DNA from: Bacteroidaceae bacterium
Lineage (GTDB): Bacteria > Bacteroidota > Bacteroidia > Bacteroidales > Bacteroidaceae
Assembly (NCBI GenBank): GCA_045661225.1
Contig: JAZRFF010000028.1
Location: forward strand, 22,524-86,523
Reading direction: 5' to 3'
DNA: 64,000 nt
Position numbers and translations under genes: made by a program. Positions 26,428 to 36,401 of this stretch are shown one piece after another (position 1 is the first letter of the stretch; every line of letters starts with the position of its first letter). A model generated the notes under the pieces. That model was given only the letters and a program-made list of their open reading frames with translations. It was not told the DNA's origin and ran no database searches.

Positions 26428-28911
26428 TTACATATCTCCCATACCTTCCATATCGCTGTAACCGCCTCCGGGCATCTCTTGTTGCTTGCGATTGGGCTTT
26501 TTTGCCTTCATATTTCCGAAGCTGTATGTTACGGTCACACCAAACTGACGACCGCCGTGAGAACTCTTGGAATGGCGATAGAAAGTTTCGTTTTCGGTAA
26601 CGCTGTTCCAGCCGCGTGAGTCGAGCAGGTCGCGTGCGTTGACGCTGACGCTCCAGTGGCTGTCGAACATCTTGCGCAAGCCGAGGTCGAGCATATAGCT
26701 GGGTTCACGGTAGCCTTGTGCAACAATGCGTTTGGCATTGTAACGTCCGGTCAACTGCATTGTGATGCCCCAGGGGAGCATAAGGCTCGCGGTCATACGT
26801 GCATTCCACGAGAAATTTTCATCGGCCTTTCCGTTTATCTCCTTGTTGTTTATAATGTATTTAAACGCGTCGAGTTTGTAGTAAAAGAGATTTACCGTAG
26901 TGGTGAGGTCGAGTATCTTAAACAGGCGGTTCTTGCCCACAATCTCAAGTCCGGCCGACTGTGTGCTGGCTACATTCTCACTTGTGGTGTAGATGACTTT
27001 TCCGTCGCTGTAACTGATGCGTTCAATAACATCGCTTGTGGTGCGGTAATATCCCGACAGCGAGAGTGTGTGGTTCTTCCAGTTTTTTATGTAGTTAAGC
27101 TCGTATGCATTTGAATACTCGGGCGTCAGGCCGGGGTTACCGAATGTGATGTTTGTTGAATCGCTTATGTTCTTGAAGTCATTAAGCTGGCCTCCCCACG
27201 GACGGCGCAGACGACGGGTGTAGTTTACCTGTATCTCTTGTCCGTCGCTAATCTCGTAACTGAGGAACGCGCTCGGGAATAGCTTGAAAAAGTCGTTGCC
27301 CTTGAGTGGGGGTATGTCGCCACTCTCCATTTGTGCGTGTCCGTATGAGCTTGTTCTCACGTTCCAGTATTCTCCGCGCAAACCTATCTGGAACCCGAAC
27401 TTGCCGAATCGTCCCGAATATGTTGCGTAGAGCGCGTGGGTATTCTGCTTGTAGCGGAATTGGTTGTATAGGTCTTTGTCTATTATTTTATGTTCCTCGT
27501 CGGTGTAGGTTATGACGGGGCTGTTGTCGTTTGAAAAGTCTCCGTTGTATCCGGCCTCAACACGGTGGTTCGCATCAATCTTGTATTCGTAGTCGAGCTT
27601 GATGTTGTGGCTGATGCTGCGGTTCTCACCGTCCTGATACTGGTAGCTCTTGATGGTCTTGGGGTCGTTGCCCAGAATCTCGGTTGTCTGTTTGTATTCG
27701 GCGTCGCGCATCTGCGTCCACTCGTTGCGGCTTACCGAGAAGTCGAGGAAGTGTGTGTCGCTCCACCTGTGTGTGTAGCCCAGTTCTACATTATACATTC
27801 GGGGACGGCCGCTTGTCGTGGTGTTGCGTGTGACGCGTTGTGTGGGGGCTCCTTCGGTGCCGTCGCTCAGTAGAGGACCTCTCTCGTATGAAATGTCGTT
27901 GCGGTGTTGGCCGAGACCGTACATTCCCATAAGATTAAGGTATAGCTCGTCTTTGCGAGTGAATCTCCAGGTAAGGCCGGCACGGGCAAAGACATTATGC
28001 GGGTTGCGCAGGCCATCGCTTTTCTGGTGCATATAGCTGCCGGGTGTGCCGAAATAGCGTGTGTGGGCGCTGCCTTCATTGTCGAACCTCATATTGCGGT
28101 AGTTGACACCTCCGTAGGCATCAATAGTTCCACTGCTGTAATTTATGTTCGCGCTGGCATTGTAGCCTCCGTAGCTGTCGCCACCGGCTTGGACGCTGCC
28201 GTAATAACCGGCCTTGCGGTCGCGCTTGAGTATAATGTTTATAATTCCGGCTGTGCCTTCGGGCGAGTGTTTGGCCGATGGGTTCGTTATGACCTCAATT
28301 TTCTCTATGGAGTTTGCCGGCAACTGTTGCAGAATATCACCCTGATTGTCGGCTGTAAGTCCGCTGGCCTTGCCGTTAATCCATATTGTGACACTCTCGC
28401 TGCCGCGAAGCGATACTACTCCTTCGTTGTCTACCTCGACCGAGGGTATGTCGACAAGAACGTCGCTGGCCGAACCTCCGGTTGTGGCGATACTTTGGTC
28501 AACGGTGAACACGCGTTTGTCGATGTCGAATGTCATTTGTGAACGTTGCTCGGTAACGACAACCTCTTTAAGCATCTTTCTGTCGGGCTTTAACACAATG
28601 TCCTTGAGGTTGTGGCTGCTTCTTTGCGGTGTAATGTTCACCTTGACGCTGTCGCTCTTATAGCCGATGAACGTGAAACGCACCGTGTAACGTCCCTCCT
28701 TCAGACCTTGAATGGCGAACCTTCCATCATCGTCAGATGTGCTACCCATCGTGGGTAATGATGAACCTTCGGGGACAATGGCGATGGTCACAAAACCGAG
28801 CGGCTCGTTACTCTCGCCGTCAATCATTCTTCCGGAAACGGTACCCGATACCTGCGCTATTGTGGCTATGGGCAATAGTGATAAAAGTAGAAGTAGTAGC
28901 TTATTTCTCAT
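26428..28911 (-). CDS. TonB-dependent receptor / outer-membrane beta-barrel protein with an N-terminal carboxypeptidase-regulatory-like domain
   Basis: 827 aa. Signal peptide, then VSGRMIDGESNEPLGFVTIAIV, a plug region, and a barrel ending in TVTYSFG followed by a short tail. There is no SusD partner. Confidence 0.8.
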   Translation of the reverse strand: MRNKLLLLLLSLLPIATIAQVSGTVSGRMIDGESNEPLGFVTIAIVPEGSSLPTMGSTSDDDGRFAIQGLKEGRYTVRFTFIGYKSDSVKVNITPQRSSHNLKDIVLKPDRKMLKEVVVTEQRSQMTFDIDKRVFTVDQSIATTGGSASDVLVDIPSVEVDNEGVVSLRGSESVTIWINGKASGLTADNQGDILQQLPANSIEKIEVITNPSAKHSPEGTAGIINIILKRDRKAGYYGSVQAGGDSYGGYNASANINYSSGTIDAYGGVNYRNMRFDNEGSAHTRYFGTPGSYMHQKSDGLRNPHNVFARAGLTWRFTRKDELYLNLMGMYGLGQHRNDISYERGPLLSDGTEGAPTQRVTRNTTTSGRPRMYNVELGYTHRWSDTHFLDFSVSRNEWTQMRDAEYKQTTEILGNDPKTIKSYQYQDGENRSISHNIKLDYEYKIDANHRVEAGYNGDFSNDNSPVITYTDEEHKIIDKDLYNQFRYKQNTHALYATYSGRFGKFGFQIGLRGEYWNVRTSSYGHAQMESGDIPPLKGNDFFKLFPSAFLSYEISDGQEIQVNYTRRLRRPWGGQLNDFKNISDSTNITFGNPGLTPEYSNAYELNYIKNWKNHTLSLSGYYRTTSDVIERISYSDGKVIYTTSENVASTQSAGLEIVGKNRLFKILDLTTTVNLFYYKLDAFKYIINNKEINGKADENFSWNARMTASLMLPWGITMQLTGRYNAKRIVAQGYREPSYMLDLGLRKMFDSHWSVSVNARDLLDSRGWNSVTENETFYRHSKSSHGGRQFGVTVTYSFGNMKAKKPNRKQQEMPGGGYSDMEGMGDM

Positions 28912-28951
28912 TTGTAAGTTCTTGTAGCGTTTAAGTGCTTTTATTAAGAAA

Positions 28952-28959
28952 CAAAAATA
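28952..28959 (-). promoter_or_regulatory. Putative -7 box for the TonB-dependent receptor gene
   Basis: TATTTTTG on the minus strand, 41 nt upstream of the start at 28911. Confidence 0.4.
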
Positions 28960-28967
28960 GTAATAAC

Positions 28968-29040
28968 CCGCCTTTGTGATTTTGCTTTTTAAAGCACTTC
29001 GTTTATCCTCTTATGGAAGTACCCCGAAGTCCAAAGGCGG
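28968..29040 (-). terminator. Complex hairpin, probable terminator of the RND efflux operon
   Basis: An outer stem CCGCCTTTG/CAAAGGCGG (9 bp) encloses an inner stem ACTTCG/CGAAGT. On the minus strand it is followed by the T-rich GTTATTACTATTTTTGTTTCTT. Confidence 0.4.
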
Positions 29041-29108
29041 CTTATGCTTTGTGCCGTTGCACTGTAGCGGGTGCAAAGGTACAATAAAAAAACTATTGTA
29101 CAATATTT

Positions 29109-30425
29109 TTACTTAAGGTATGTCGATAAATCTCCGCTAATCTGCCGCAGTGAAATTTCGCACAGTTTTGTTTGGTATTCAACCGACAAGAGACGCTCCT
29201 CGGCGTCAAGAAGACTCTTCTGCGCTTCGCGCATTTCTATACCCGAAATGTCGCCGAGCATATAGCGCTCTTTGGCAATCTCGTGGTTCTCGCGGGCGGT
29301 TATAACATTCTGCTTTTCGAGGTTGAGCAACTGAATGTTGTTGCGGTAGGCCTGCCACAAGTTGCCAAGCTCGGCTTTGAGACCTAATTCCAGCTTGTTG
29401 CGTTGCAGTTGGGCGTTGGCAACGTCAATCTTCGCGTTGCGACGCTCGCGCTTGAACTTGCCGTCCCATATTTTGAAGCCTACCGTGACGCCGGCGCTGC
29501 CGCCCCAGTTGCTGCGCTGTGTGTAGCTGTTTGTCTCGTACTTGCTGAATGTGTAGTCGTATCCGGCGTTGAGCTTTACATATGGGTAATAACGTGATAG
29601 AACTTTTTTGTAGTCCAACTGCACGACTTTGCTGTTCTGGTCGGCAAGGAGCAGGTTGCTGTTGCTTGCGAGCATATCGTTCCACAATTCGCCGAATACA
29701 AAAGTCGTGTCGGCTATTATGCTCGTTTCGCTTGTCTCAATGGGTGTGTAGACCTCGTCTATCGCCATCATCTCGTTGAGCGCAATTCGTGAGGTAAGCA
29801 CCACTTCCTGTTGTTTTATGTATTGTGCGCTGTCGGCGTTAAAGTCTACTTTTGCCTGTTGGTAGTCGAGACGTGAGAAGTTACCTATATTGTAACGCTC
29901 CTCGACAATGCGCAGACGCTCCTTTGAGAGTATTACAGCATAATAGTAGTTGTTCAAACGGCGTTTTTGTTGAATGAAATTGTAATACTCGGCCGTCAGG
30001 TTCGCAATAAAATCCTCCAGCTCAATGCGTGTGCTTGTCTCGCCCATACGTTCAAGCTCCTTCAATTGTTTGTAGGTGGTGGTCATCTTGAACCCGTCGA
30101 AGATTGTCCAACTGAGTCCGATACCGGCGTTTACATTGTGGTCGAGAGCGTTGCGCACCATCTGGGTCTCTCCGCTCGTGCGGAGCTTGCTGTCACTGCT
30201 TGCAAGGTCTGCATTGTAACCGGCGTTAAGGTCTATAGATGGCAGAATGCCGGCATTTTCCAATGTGGCGTTGTTGTGTGCCTTCTGCTCGTTGTTACGG
30301 CTTATTCGTAACGAATAGTTCTTTTCGAGTCCTTTCTCGAGGCATTCACGCAACGACAGTGTCTGGGCTTGAATGCTTGCGCTCACTGCCACAAGGGCAA
30401 TTATTATGGTAAGGGCTTTTTTCAT
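29109..30425 (-). CDS. TolC-family outer-membrane efflux protein
   Basis: 438 aa. Signal peptide and a repeated coiled-coil/beta pattern typical of OEP proteins. It is the last gene of the MFP-RND-OMF operon and overlaps the RND gene by 4 nt. Confidence 0.85.
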   Translation of the reverse strand: MKKALTIIIALVAVSASIQAQTLSLRECLEKGLEKNYSLRISRNNEQKAHNNATLENAGILPSIDLNAGYNADLASSDSKLRTSGETQMVRNALDHNVNAGIGLSWTIFDGFKMTTTYKQLKELERMGETSTRIELEDFIANLTAEYYNFIQQKRRLNNYYYAVILSKERLRIVEERYNIGNFSRLDYQQAKVDFNADSAQYIKQQEVVLTSRIALNEMMAIDEVYTPIETSETSIIADTTFVFGELWNDMLASNSNLLLADQNSKVVQLDYKKVLSRYYPYVKLNAGYDYTFSKYETNSYTQRSNWGGSAGVTVGFKIWDGKFKRERRNAKIDVANAQLQRNKLELGLKAELGNLWQAYRNNIQLLNLEKQNVITARENHEIAKERYMLGDISGIEMREAQKSLLDAEERLLSVEYQTKLCEISLRQISGDLSTYLK

Positions 30426-33400
30426 TCTTCCTCTTTCTTTTTACGTTCTGTTGATATGTAACTGTATATTGCGGGTACAATGTACATTGTCAGGATTGTT
30501 GACACAAGCATTCCTCCGGCAACGGCAATACCCATCGCTATTCTTTGGTTGGCGCCTTCGCCTGTCGCAAAGGCAAGCGGCAACAATCCGAGAATAGTCG
30601 ATACGCTTGTCATAAGAATGGGGCGCAGACGCTGTAACGATGCACTCTTTATAGCCTCCATCTTGCTCTCGCCCTCGTCCTGTTTCTGGTTGGCAAACTC
30701 CACTATCAGAATACCGTTCTTTGCCACAAGACCTATGAGCATAATTATTCCAATCTGGCTGAAAAGGTTCATCGTAATGTCGTTAAAGTACATAAAGACG
30801 AGTGCTCCGGCAATGGCGAGCGGTACGGTGAGCATAATGATGAACGGGTCTTTGAAACTCTCGAATTGCGCTGCAAGGATAAGATATATGAGTATAAGCG
30901 CCAGTATGAGAGCGAACATCAGGCTCGATGAACTCTCGCGGAACTCTTTTGAGTCTCCGGCAAGAGCTGTGCGGAATGTCTCGTCAAGCAGCTCGTCGGC
31001 AATCTTGTCCATCTCGTTAAGTCCGTCGCCAATGGTCTTGCCCTCGGCGAGACCGGCCGACACTGTCGCCGACAGGAATCTGTTATAGTGATAGAGCTTG
31101 GGCGGTGCCACGTTCTCGACAAACTCGACAAGATTGTCCAGCTGAATCATCTCGCCGTTGTCGTTGCGAATGTAGATTGATTTTACCGCAGTGGGGGTGT
31201 TGCGTTGCTGACGGTTTACCTGACCTATAATCTCATACTGCTTGCCGTTCATATAGAAATACCCCATACGCTGTCCGCTTAAGCCGTACTGCAACGTTTC
31301 GGCAACGTCTCGCACGCTTGTACCCAGGCTTCCTGCCTTGTCGCGGTTGATGTTTACGCGCACCTCGGGACTGCTGAACTTGAGGTCGACATCGGCCATC
31401 TTGAATGTGGGGTTGTCGTGTACACGGCTTATGAACTCCGGTAGGACCTCTTGTAATTTTTCGATGCTTGTTGCTTGAATTACATACTGTACAGGCATAC
31501 TTCCGCGACGGCCACCGAACGACGACTGTTGTTGCACGAACGAACGGGCCTTGGTCTTGCTGCTTACAGCCGATGTCAGCTTTTCGGCAACCTCCATCTG
31601 TGTGTAGTCGCGTTCTTTAATGTCTTTGAGCGAGATTCTTATGTTACCGCTGTTGCTCGATACGCGCGACGTTACCGATTCGGCATCGGGGACAATGGAG
31701 TCTATCAAGGCTGTAATATCCTCGGTGTAGTCACGCATATACTCGTAGCTGACTCCTTCGACGCCACGGGTGTTGATGGTTATTTGCGAACGGTCCTCCA
31801 TTGGCGCCATCTCCGAGGGAATCTCTTCCCACAGCCACCAAATGGCTGCAAATGTGGCTATTGATACCGGTATGGCCACCCAGCGTCTTTTAAGGAACGC
31901 ATTAAGCGACTTTTCGTATATATTGTTAAGCCCCACGAAGAACGGTTCAGTCTTGCGGTAGAACCACTGTTGCTGCTTACGTCTTTTGAGGAGCTTCGTG
32001 GCGAGCATCGGGGTGAATGTAAGCGCTGCGAACGACGATATTATCACAGAACCGGCAACCACAAAACTGAATTCTCTGAACAGACGTCCGCTCATTCCTT
32101 CCATAAAGACAATGGGCAGGAACACCGCCACAAGGGTGATAGTTGTTGAAATTACGGCGAAGAAAATCTCTCTGGAGCCTTCTATCCCGGCTCTAAAGGG
32201 GTTCATTCCTTTCTCGATGCGAATATAAATATTCTCGGTCATCACAATAGCATCGTCGACCACAAGTCCCACCGACAGTACCACGGCAAGCATCGTCAGC
32301 ACGTTTATCGAGAATCCTGCGATGTACATTACAAAGAATGCTCCAATAAGTGATACGGGAATTACAATACAGGGAATAAGCGTCACTCGCCAGTCGCGCA
32401 AGAATAAAAATATTATGATAATTACAAGAATGAACGCTTCGTAAACGGTGTTCTTAACCTCGTCTATTGATGCGCGAATGAATTTTGTGCTGTCGAATCC
32501 GTATGAATAGCTTATGTCGTCCGGAAGGTCTTTCTGCATCTGCTCCATACGCTCATATACGGCATCGGCAATCTCAATGTGGTTGGCTCCCGGCTGTGGA
32601 ACAACTACTGCACCTACCATAGGTACTCCGTCCATCTTCATATAGCTCTTGAGGTCGGCGGGGCCAAGCTCGGCGTGTCCAATATCGCTGATGCGGACGA
32701 TGTTGCCGTTGTGTTCTTTAATTATTATGTTATTGAACTCTTTGGCTGTGTGCATCTGTCCCATAGTGCGCAACGTGAGCTCCATTGTGTTGCCCTCGAT
32801 GCTTCCCGACGGCAGCTCCACGTTCTCGCTGGTTATAGTGTTCTTGATGTCTACGGGGGTAATGCCGTATGCTGCCATTTTGACAGGGTCTAGCCAGATG
32901 CGCATCGAATAGCGCTTCTCGCCCCATATTTGCACGCTGCTGACGTCGGGTATTGTCTGCAACTGTTCCTTTACGGTGAGGTCGGCAATCTCGCTCAGTT
33001 CGAGCAACGAGCGACTGTCGCTCTGTATGGCTACCATAAGTATGGGTGTAGCATCGGCATCGGCTTTTGATACGGTCGGGGGGTCGCAGTCGCGAGGCAG
33101 GTAGCGTTGTGCACGCGACACTTTGTCGCGCACGTCGTTGGCGGCTGTCTCAAGGTCGACAGAAAGGTCGAACTCGACCGTGATTCGGGATTGTCCCTGC
33201 TGGCTGACGCTGGTGAGTGAACGTATGCCCGGGATTCCGTTGATATTTTGCTCTAACGGCTCGGTAATCTGGCTCTCGATAACCTCGGCGTTCGCACCGG
33301 CGTATCCGCAAGTTACCGATATTATAGGGTTGTCGACCGAGGGGTATTCGCGCACTCCGAGCGTGTTGTAACCGATAATACCGAACAGGATTATTATTAT

Positions 33401-33454
33401 TGTCAACACCGTCGCAAGGACCGGTCTGCGTATACTAAGTTCCGATATATTCAT
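30422..33454 (-). CDS. RND efflux transporter permease (AcrB/HAE1-like)
   Basis: 1010 aa. N-terminus MNISELSIRRPVLATVLTIIIILFG. 12-TM AcrB-like organisation with two large periplasmic loops. Confidence 0.95.
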   Translation of the reverse strand: MNISELSIRRPVLATVLTIIIILFGIIGYNTLGVREYPSVDNPIISVTCGYAGANAEVIESQITEPLEQNINGIPGIRSLTSVSQQGQSRITVEFDLSVDLETAANDVRDKVSRAQRYLPRDCDPPTVSKADADATPILMVAIQSDSRSLLELSEIADLTVKEQLQTIPDVSSVQIWGEKRYSMRIWLDPVKMAAYGITPVDIKNTITSENVELPSGSIEGNTMELTLRTMGQMHTAKEFNNIIIKEHNGNIVRISDIGHAELGPADLKSYMKMDGVPMVGAVVVPQPGANHIEIADAVYERMEQMQKDLPDDISYSYGFDSTKFIRASIDEVKNTVYEAFILVIIIIFLFLRDWRVTLIPCIVIPVSLIGAFFVMYIAGFSINVLTMLAVVLSVGLVVDDAIVMTENIYIRIEKGMNPFRAGIEGSREIFFAVISTTITLVAVFLPIVFMEGMSGRLFREFSFVVAGSVIISSFAALTFTPMLATKLLKRRKQQQWFYRKTEPFFVGLNNIYEKSLNAFLKRRWVAIPVSIATFAAIWWLWEEIPSEMAPMEDRSQITINTRGVEGVSYEYMRDYTEDITALIDSIVPDAESVTSRVSSNSGNIRISLKDIKERDYTQMEVAEKLTSAVSSKTKARSFVQQQSSFGGRRGSMPVQYVIQATSIEKLQEVLPEFISRVHDNPTFKMADVDLKFSSPEVRVNINRDKAGSLGTSVRDVAETLQYGLSGQRMGYFYMNGKQYEIIGQVNRQQRNTPTAVKSIYIRNDNGEMIQLDNLVEFVENVAPPKLYHYNRFLSATVSAGLAEGKTIGDGLNEMDKIADELLDETFRTALAGDSKEFRESSSSLMFALILALILIYLILAAQFESFKDPFIIMLTVPLAIAGALVFMYFNDITMNLFSQIGIIMLIGLVAKNGILIVEFANQKQDEGESKMEAIKSASLQRLRPILMTSVSTILGLLPLAFATGEGANQRIAMGIAVAGGMLVSTILTMYIVPAIYSYISTERKKKEEE

Positions 33455-33472
33455 AGACTCGCTCTTTTTGCG

Positions 33473-34549
33473 TTATTCGAATGAAACAATCTTGACCTGT
33501 GAACCTTTGCGCAGCTGCAGCGTTCCCGATGTAAGGATTGTGTCGCCCACCTCCAGACCTTTTACAATCTGTATCTCTGCCTCGGTACGTATTCCTGTAA
33601 AAACCTCCACGGGCTCGGCCTTGCCGCTTCGACAGACAAAGACTTTGTTCTTGCCCATTTCGGGGACAATGGCTTCGGAGGGTACGGCAATGGCGTCGTG
33701 TATCTCTTTTTGTTTTAAGCGTATGCCTGCATATTGTCCCGACAATAGTTCGCCTTTTTTGTTGGGGTAAATGGCACGGACGAGCAAGGTGTGTGTCTCG
33801 GCGTCGAGTGTAGCCTCGGTCGCGTACACCTGTGCCTCGAATGTTTCGAGTTTACCCTCGACATTGAACTCGAGGTTGGTGCCTTTCTTTACGTCTGTGG
33901 CGTATCGCTCGGGTACCGAAAATTCTACTTTGATTGGGGTTACAGATGTCAGCTTGGCGATTATTGTCGATGGTGACGCGTATGAACCCACGCTCACTTG
34001 ACGCAATCCGATTACTCCGTCGAACGGCGCGCGCAGCTCGGTCTGCTCAATTTGTGCCTTGGTCTTCTCTATGTCGGCGTTCAGGGTTGCAAGTTCGGTC
34101 TTTACAATCTCTAACGCCTCTTTGCTGACAGCGTCGCGCTGCAGAAGGGTACTTTGGCGGTAAACACGTTCTTCGGCAAGGGGTATCTGCGCTTCAAGAC
34201 GTGCCAGCTGCGCCTGCAGCTGCGCGTCGTTGACCTTTGCGAGCAGAGTGCCTTTTTTTACGTGGCTGCCCTCCTGAAAGTATATGTCGGTAATTTTTCC
34301 CGATGTCTCGAACGAGAGCTGAACCTCTTCGTCGGGCACAAGGCGGCCGATGATGGGAATCTCGTCGGTCAGCAGTCTGGGAGCTATTATTCTTGCATTT
34401 ACTTCAAGGACTTTCTTTGTGACACCTTTCTTTACAGTTTCGGCTTTTGCAAGTTCTTTATTCTCGGTGGGCTTAAGGCTCATAAAGCCAATTATTGCCG
34501 AACCGATTATAAGCAGGGATACAAGTATCCATTTGAGCGTTTTTTTCAT
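33473..34549 (-). CDS. RND efflux periplasmic adaptor (membrane fusion protein, HlyD family)
   Basis: Start at M22 (ATG 34547-34549; MKKTLKWILVSLL...). Lipoyl/hairpin/beta-barrel pattern (EVQLSFETSGKITDIYFQEGSHVKKGTLLAKV...). Confidence 0.9.
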   Translation of the reverse strand: MKKTLKWILVSLLIIGSAIIGFMSLKPTENKELAKAETVKKGVTKKVLEVNARIIAPRLLTDEIPIIGRLVPDEEVQLSFETSGKITDIYFQEGSHVKKGTLLAKVNDAQLQAQLARLEAQIPLAEERVYRQSTLLQRDAVSKEALEIVKTELATLNADIEKTKAQIEQTELRAPFDGVIGLRQVSVGSYASPSTIIAKLTSVTPIKVEFSVPERYATDVKKGTNLEFNVEGKLETFEAQVYATEATLDAETHTLLVRAIYPNKKGELLSGQYAGIRLKQKEIHDAIAVPSEAIVPEMGKNKVFVCRSGKAEPVEVFTGIRTEAEIQIVKGLEVGDTILTSGTLQLRKGSQVKIVSFE

Positions 34550-34599
34550 ATATTGTTGTTTTTTTGTGTTTTTTTTATTTGGTATAGCACGCAATTGTG

Positions 34600-34607
34600 C
34601 AAAGTTA
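34600..34607 (-). promoter_or_regulatory. Putative -7 box for the RND efflux operon
   Basis: TAACTTTG on the minus strand, 51 nt upstream of the MFP ATG. Confidence 0.45.
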
Positions 34608-34735
34608 CTCAATTATTTAGAGTATATAAAATCAAATAGGTTTAATTTTAAGTTAATATTTTATCATTTTGTTTTAAATAGTATAAACCGTGGATTAAAG
34701 TTTGTGCAATAATTGCTTTTTCATCAACTTTTCAC

Positions 34736-34743
34736 TATCTTTG
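34736..34743 (+). promoter_or_regulatory. Putative -7 box for efp
   Basis: TATCTTTG, 73 nt upstream of the efp ATG. Confidence 0.45.
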
Positions 34744-34815
34744 CGCCCGATTGTTGCGGGTGGCTGTGTGGCTCTGCAAAGAAAAGGTAAATATTAACAA
34801 AAAACAGAATATATT

Positions 34816-35382
34816 ATGATTAACGCTCAAGACATTAAAATCGGTACCGCTATCCGTATGGACGGCAAGTTGTATTTTTGTATAGACTTCCTGCACGTAA
34901 AGCCCGGCAAGGGTAACACCTTTATGCGTACTAAGCTTAAGGACGTTGTTGACGGCTATGTGCTCGAGCGTCGTTTCAACATCGGTGAGAAACTTGAGGA
35001 CGTACGCGTTGAGCGTCGCCCCTATCAGTATCTCTATCAGGAGGGCAGCGACTATGTATTTATGAATCAGGAGACATACGAGCAGGTGAATATCTCGGCA
35101 GACCAGATTAACGGTGTTGCATATATGAAGGAGGGTATGACGCTTGAGGTTGTAACCGATGCTTCGACCGAGACTATTCTTTTTGCCGATATGCCTGTGA
35201 AGGTTGTGCTTGCTGTTACATACACCGAGCCTGGTCTCAAGGGCGATACAGCTACCAACACTACTAAGCCTGCAACATTGGAGACCGGCGCCGAGATTCG
35301 TGTGCCTCTCTTCATTAACGAGGGCGAACTTGTTGAGGTTGACACACGTGACGGTTCATACGTTGGTCGTGTAAAAGCATAA
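34816..35382 (+). CDS. efp: Elongation factor P
   Basis: 188 aa. FLHVKPGKGNTFMRTKLK loop with the conserved Lys. Collinear EF-P domains I-III. Confidence 0.95.
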   Translation: MINAQDIKIGTAIRMDGKLYFCIDFLHVKPGKGNTFMRTKLKDVVDGYVLERRFNIGEKLEDVRVERRPYQYLYQEGSDYVFMNQETYEQVNISADQINGVAYMKEGMTLEVVTDASTETILFADMPVKVVLAVTYTEPGLKGDTATNTTKPATLETGAEIRVPLFINEGELVEVDTRDGSYVGRVKA

Positions 35383-35405
35383 AAACTCCAATAAAATAAA
35401 GAATC

Positions 35406-36401
35406 TTGTTATATTCTATAATTGTTCCTGTTTATAACAGGCCGGGTGAGGTAAAAGAACTTCTTGACAGCCTGTTGGCTCAGACGGTAAAGCCTTTTGA
35501 GTTGGTAATTATAGAAGATGGCTCAAAGGAACGGTGTGATCATTTGCTTGGTCACTATCGTTCCTTTTTTACTATCAACTATTATTACAAGGATAACTCG
35601 GGGCGCAGCGACACGCGCAATTACGGAATGGCGCGCGCCAACGGCGACTATTTGCTCTTTTTTGATTCCGATGTTATTCTGCCGCCTTTCTACTTTGAAA
35701 GGCTCGAGGCTGCAATGAATGCCGACTACTGCGACTGCTTCGGTGGCCCCGATGCTGCTGACGCTTCATTCTCGGATATGCAGAAGGCTGTGAGTCACGC
35801 AATGACCTCATTCTGGACAACCGGCGGAATTCGTGGCGGAAAGGCTGTGATGGAGAAGTTCTGTCCGCGTACCTTCAATATGGGGCTCTCGAGAGCTGTG
35901 TACGAGAAGGTGGGCGACTTCAAGGATATGATGGGTGAGGATATTGACCTTAGCATCAGAATACGCAATGCGGGGTTCAGTGTTCGTCTCATACGCGAGG
36001 TTTTTGTTTACCATAAGCGTCGCATAGACCTCGGACGCTTTTACAAACAGGTTAACAACTTCGGGCAGGCACGAATATGGTTGCAGCTTATACACCCCGG
36101 TTCACTGAAAATTGTGCACACGGCACCTGCGGTGATGCTTGTGATGGGTCTTACCTTGCTGGCGGCGTCATTCTTCTGCCCCTGGCTGCTGTTACTCCCG
36201 TTGCTGTATCTGCTGTTGATATTTGGCGACTCGTTTCTCAAGAACAAAAGCCTGAAAGTAGCAGCCCTCTCGGTTGTGGCGGCAGTTGTACAGATAGTGG
36301 GTTACGGAATGGGCTTCCTGAAAGCCTTGTGGTTTAAGATGATACTGCGTCGTCCGCTTGAGACAAAGGAGAATCTTACTAAACTTTATAATAGAGGCTG
36401 A
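35406..36401 (+). CDS. Family 2 glycosyltransferase with C-terminal transmembrane segments
   Basis: YSIIVPVYNRPGEVKELLDSL, EDGS and FFDSD (DxD) motifs. About 3 hydrophobic helices in the last 100 aa. Confidence 0.8.
   Translation: MLYSIIVPVYNRPGEVKELLDSLLAQTVKPFELVIIEDGSKERCDHLLGHYRSFFTINYYYKDNSGRSDTRNYGMARANGDYLLFFDSDVILPPFYFERLEAAMNADYCDCFGGPDAADASFSDMQKAVSHAMTSFWTTGGIRGGKAVMEKFCPRTFNMGLSRAVYEKVGDFKDMMGEDIDLSIRIRNAGFSVRLIREVFVYHKRRIDLGRFYKQVNNFGQARIWLQLIHPGSLKIVHTAPAVMLVMGLTLLAASFFCPWLLLLPLLYLLLIFGDSFLKNKSLKVAALSVVAAVVQIVGYGMGFLKALWFKMILRRPLETKENLTKLYNRG

Noticed and set aside
28933-29040. Nested or alternative inverted repeats (AAGTGCTTT/AAAGCACTT, CCGCCTTTG/CAAAGGCGG, ACTTCG/CGAAGT) upstream of the TonB-dependent receptor; considered as a riboswitch or attenuator
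   Set aside because: There is no resemblance to the TPP, cobalamin or other riboswitch cores I know. A good -7 box (28952-28959) lies downstream of the main stem, which would leave the structure outside the receptor mRNA. On the coding strand the stem is followed by a T-rich run, so it is most simply the terminator of the upstream RND operon. It might be worth a covariation check, but I would not claim it.
34816-36401. A GT2 glycosyltransferase 24 nt downstream of efp; considered as an EarP-like EF-P modifying enzyme
   Set aside because: The EF-P loop carries Lys (KPGKG), not the Arg used for rhamnosylation. The GT2 protein has C-terminal transmembrane helices typical of polyprenyl-phosphate glycosyltransferases. 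Adjacency alone is not enough evidence.
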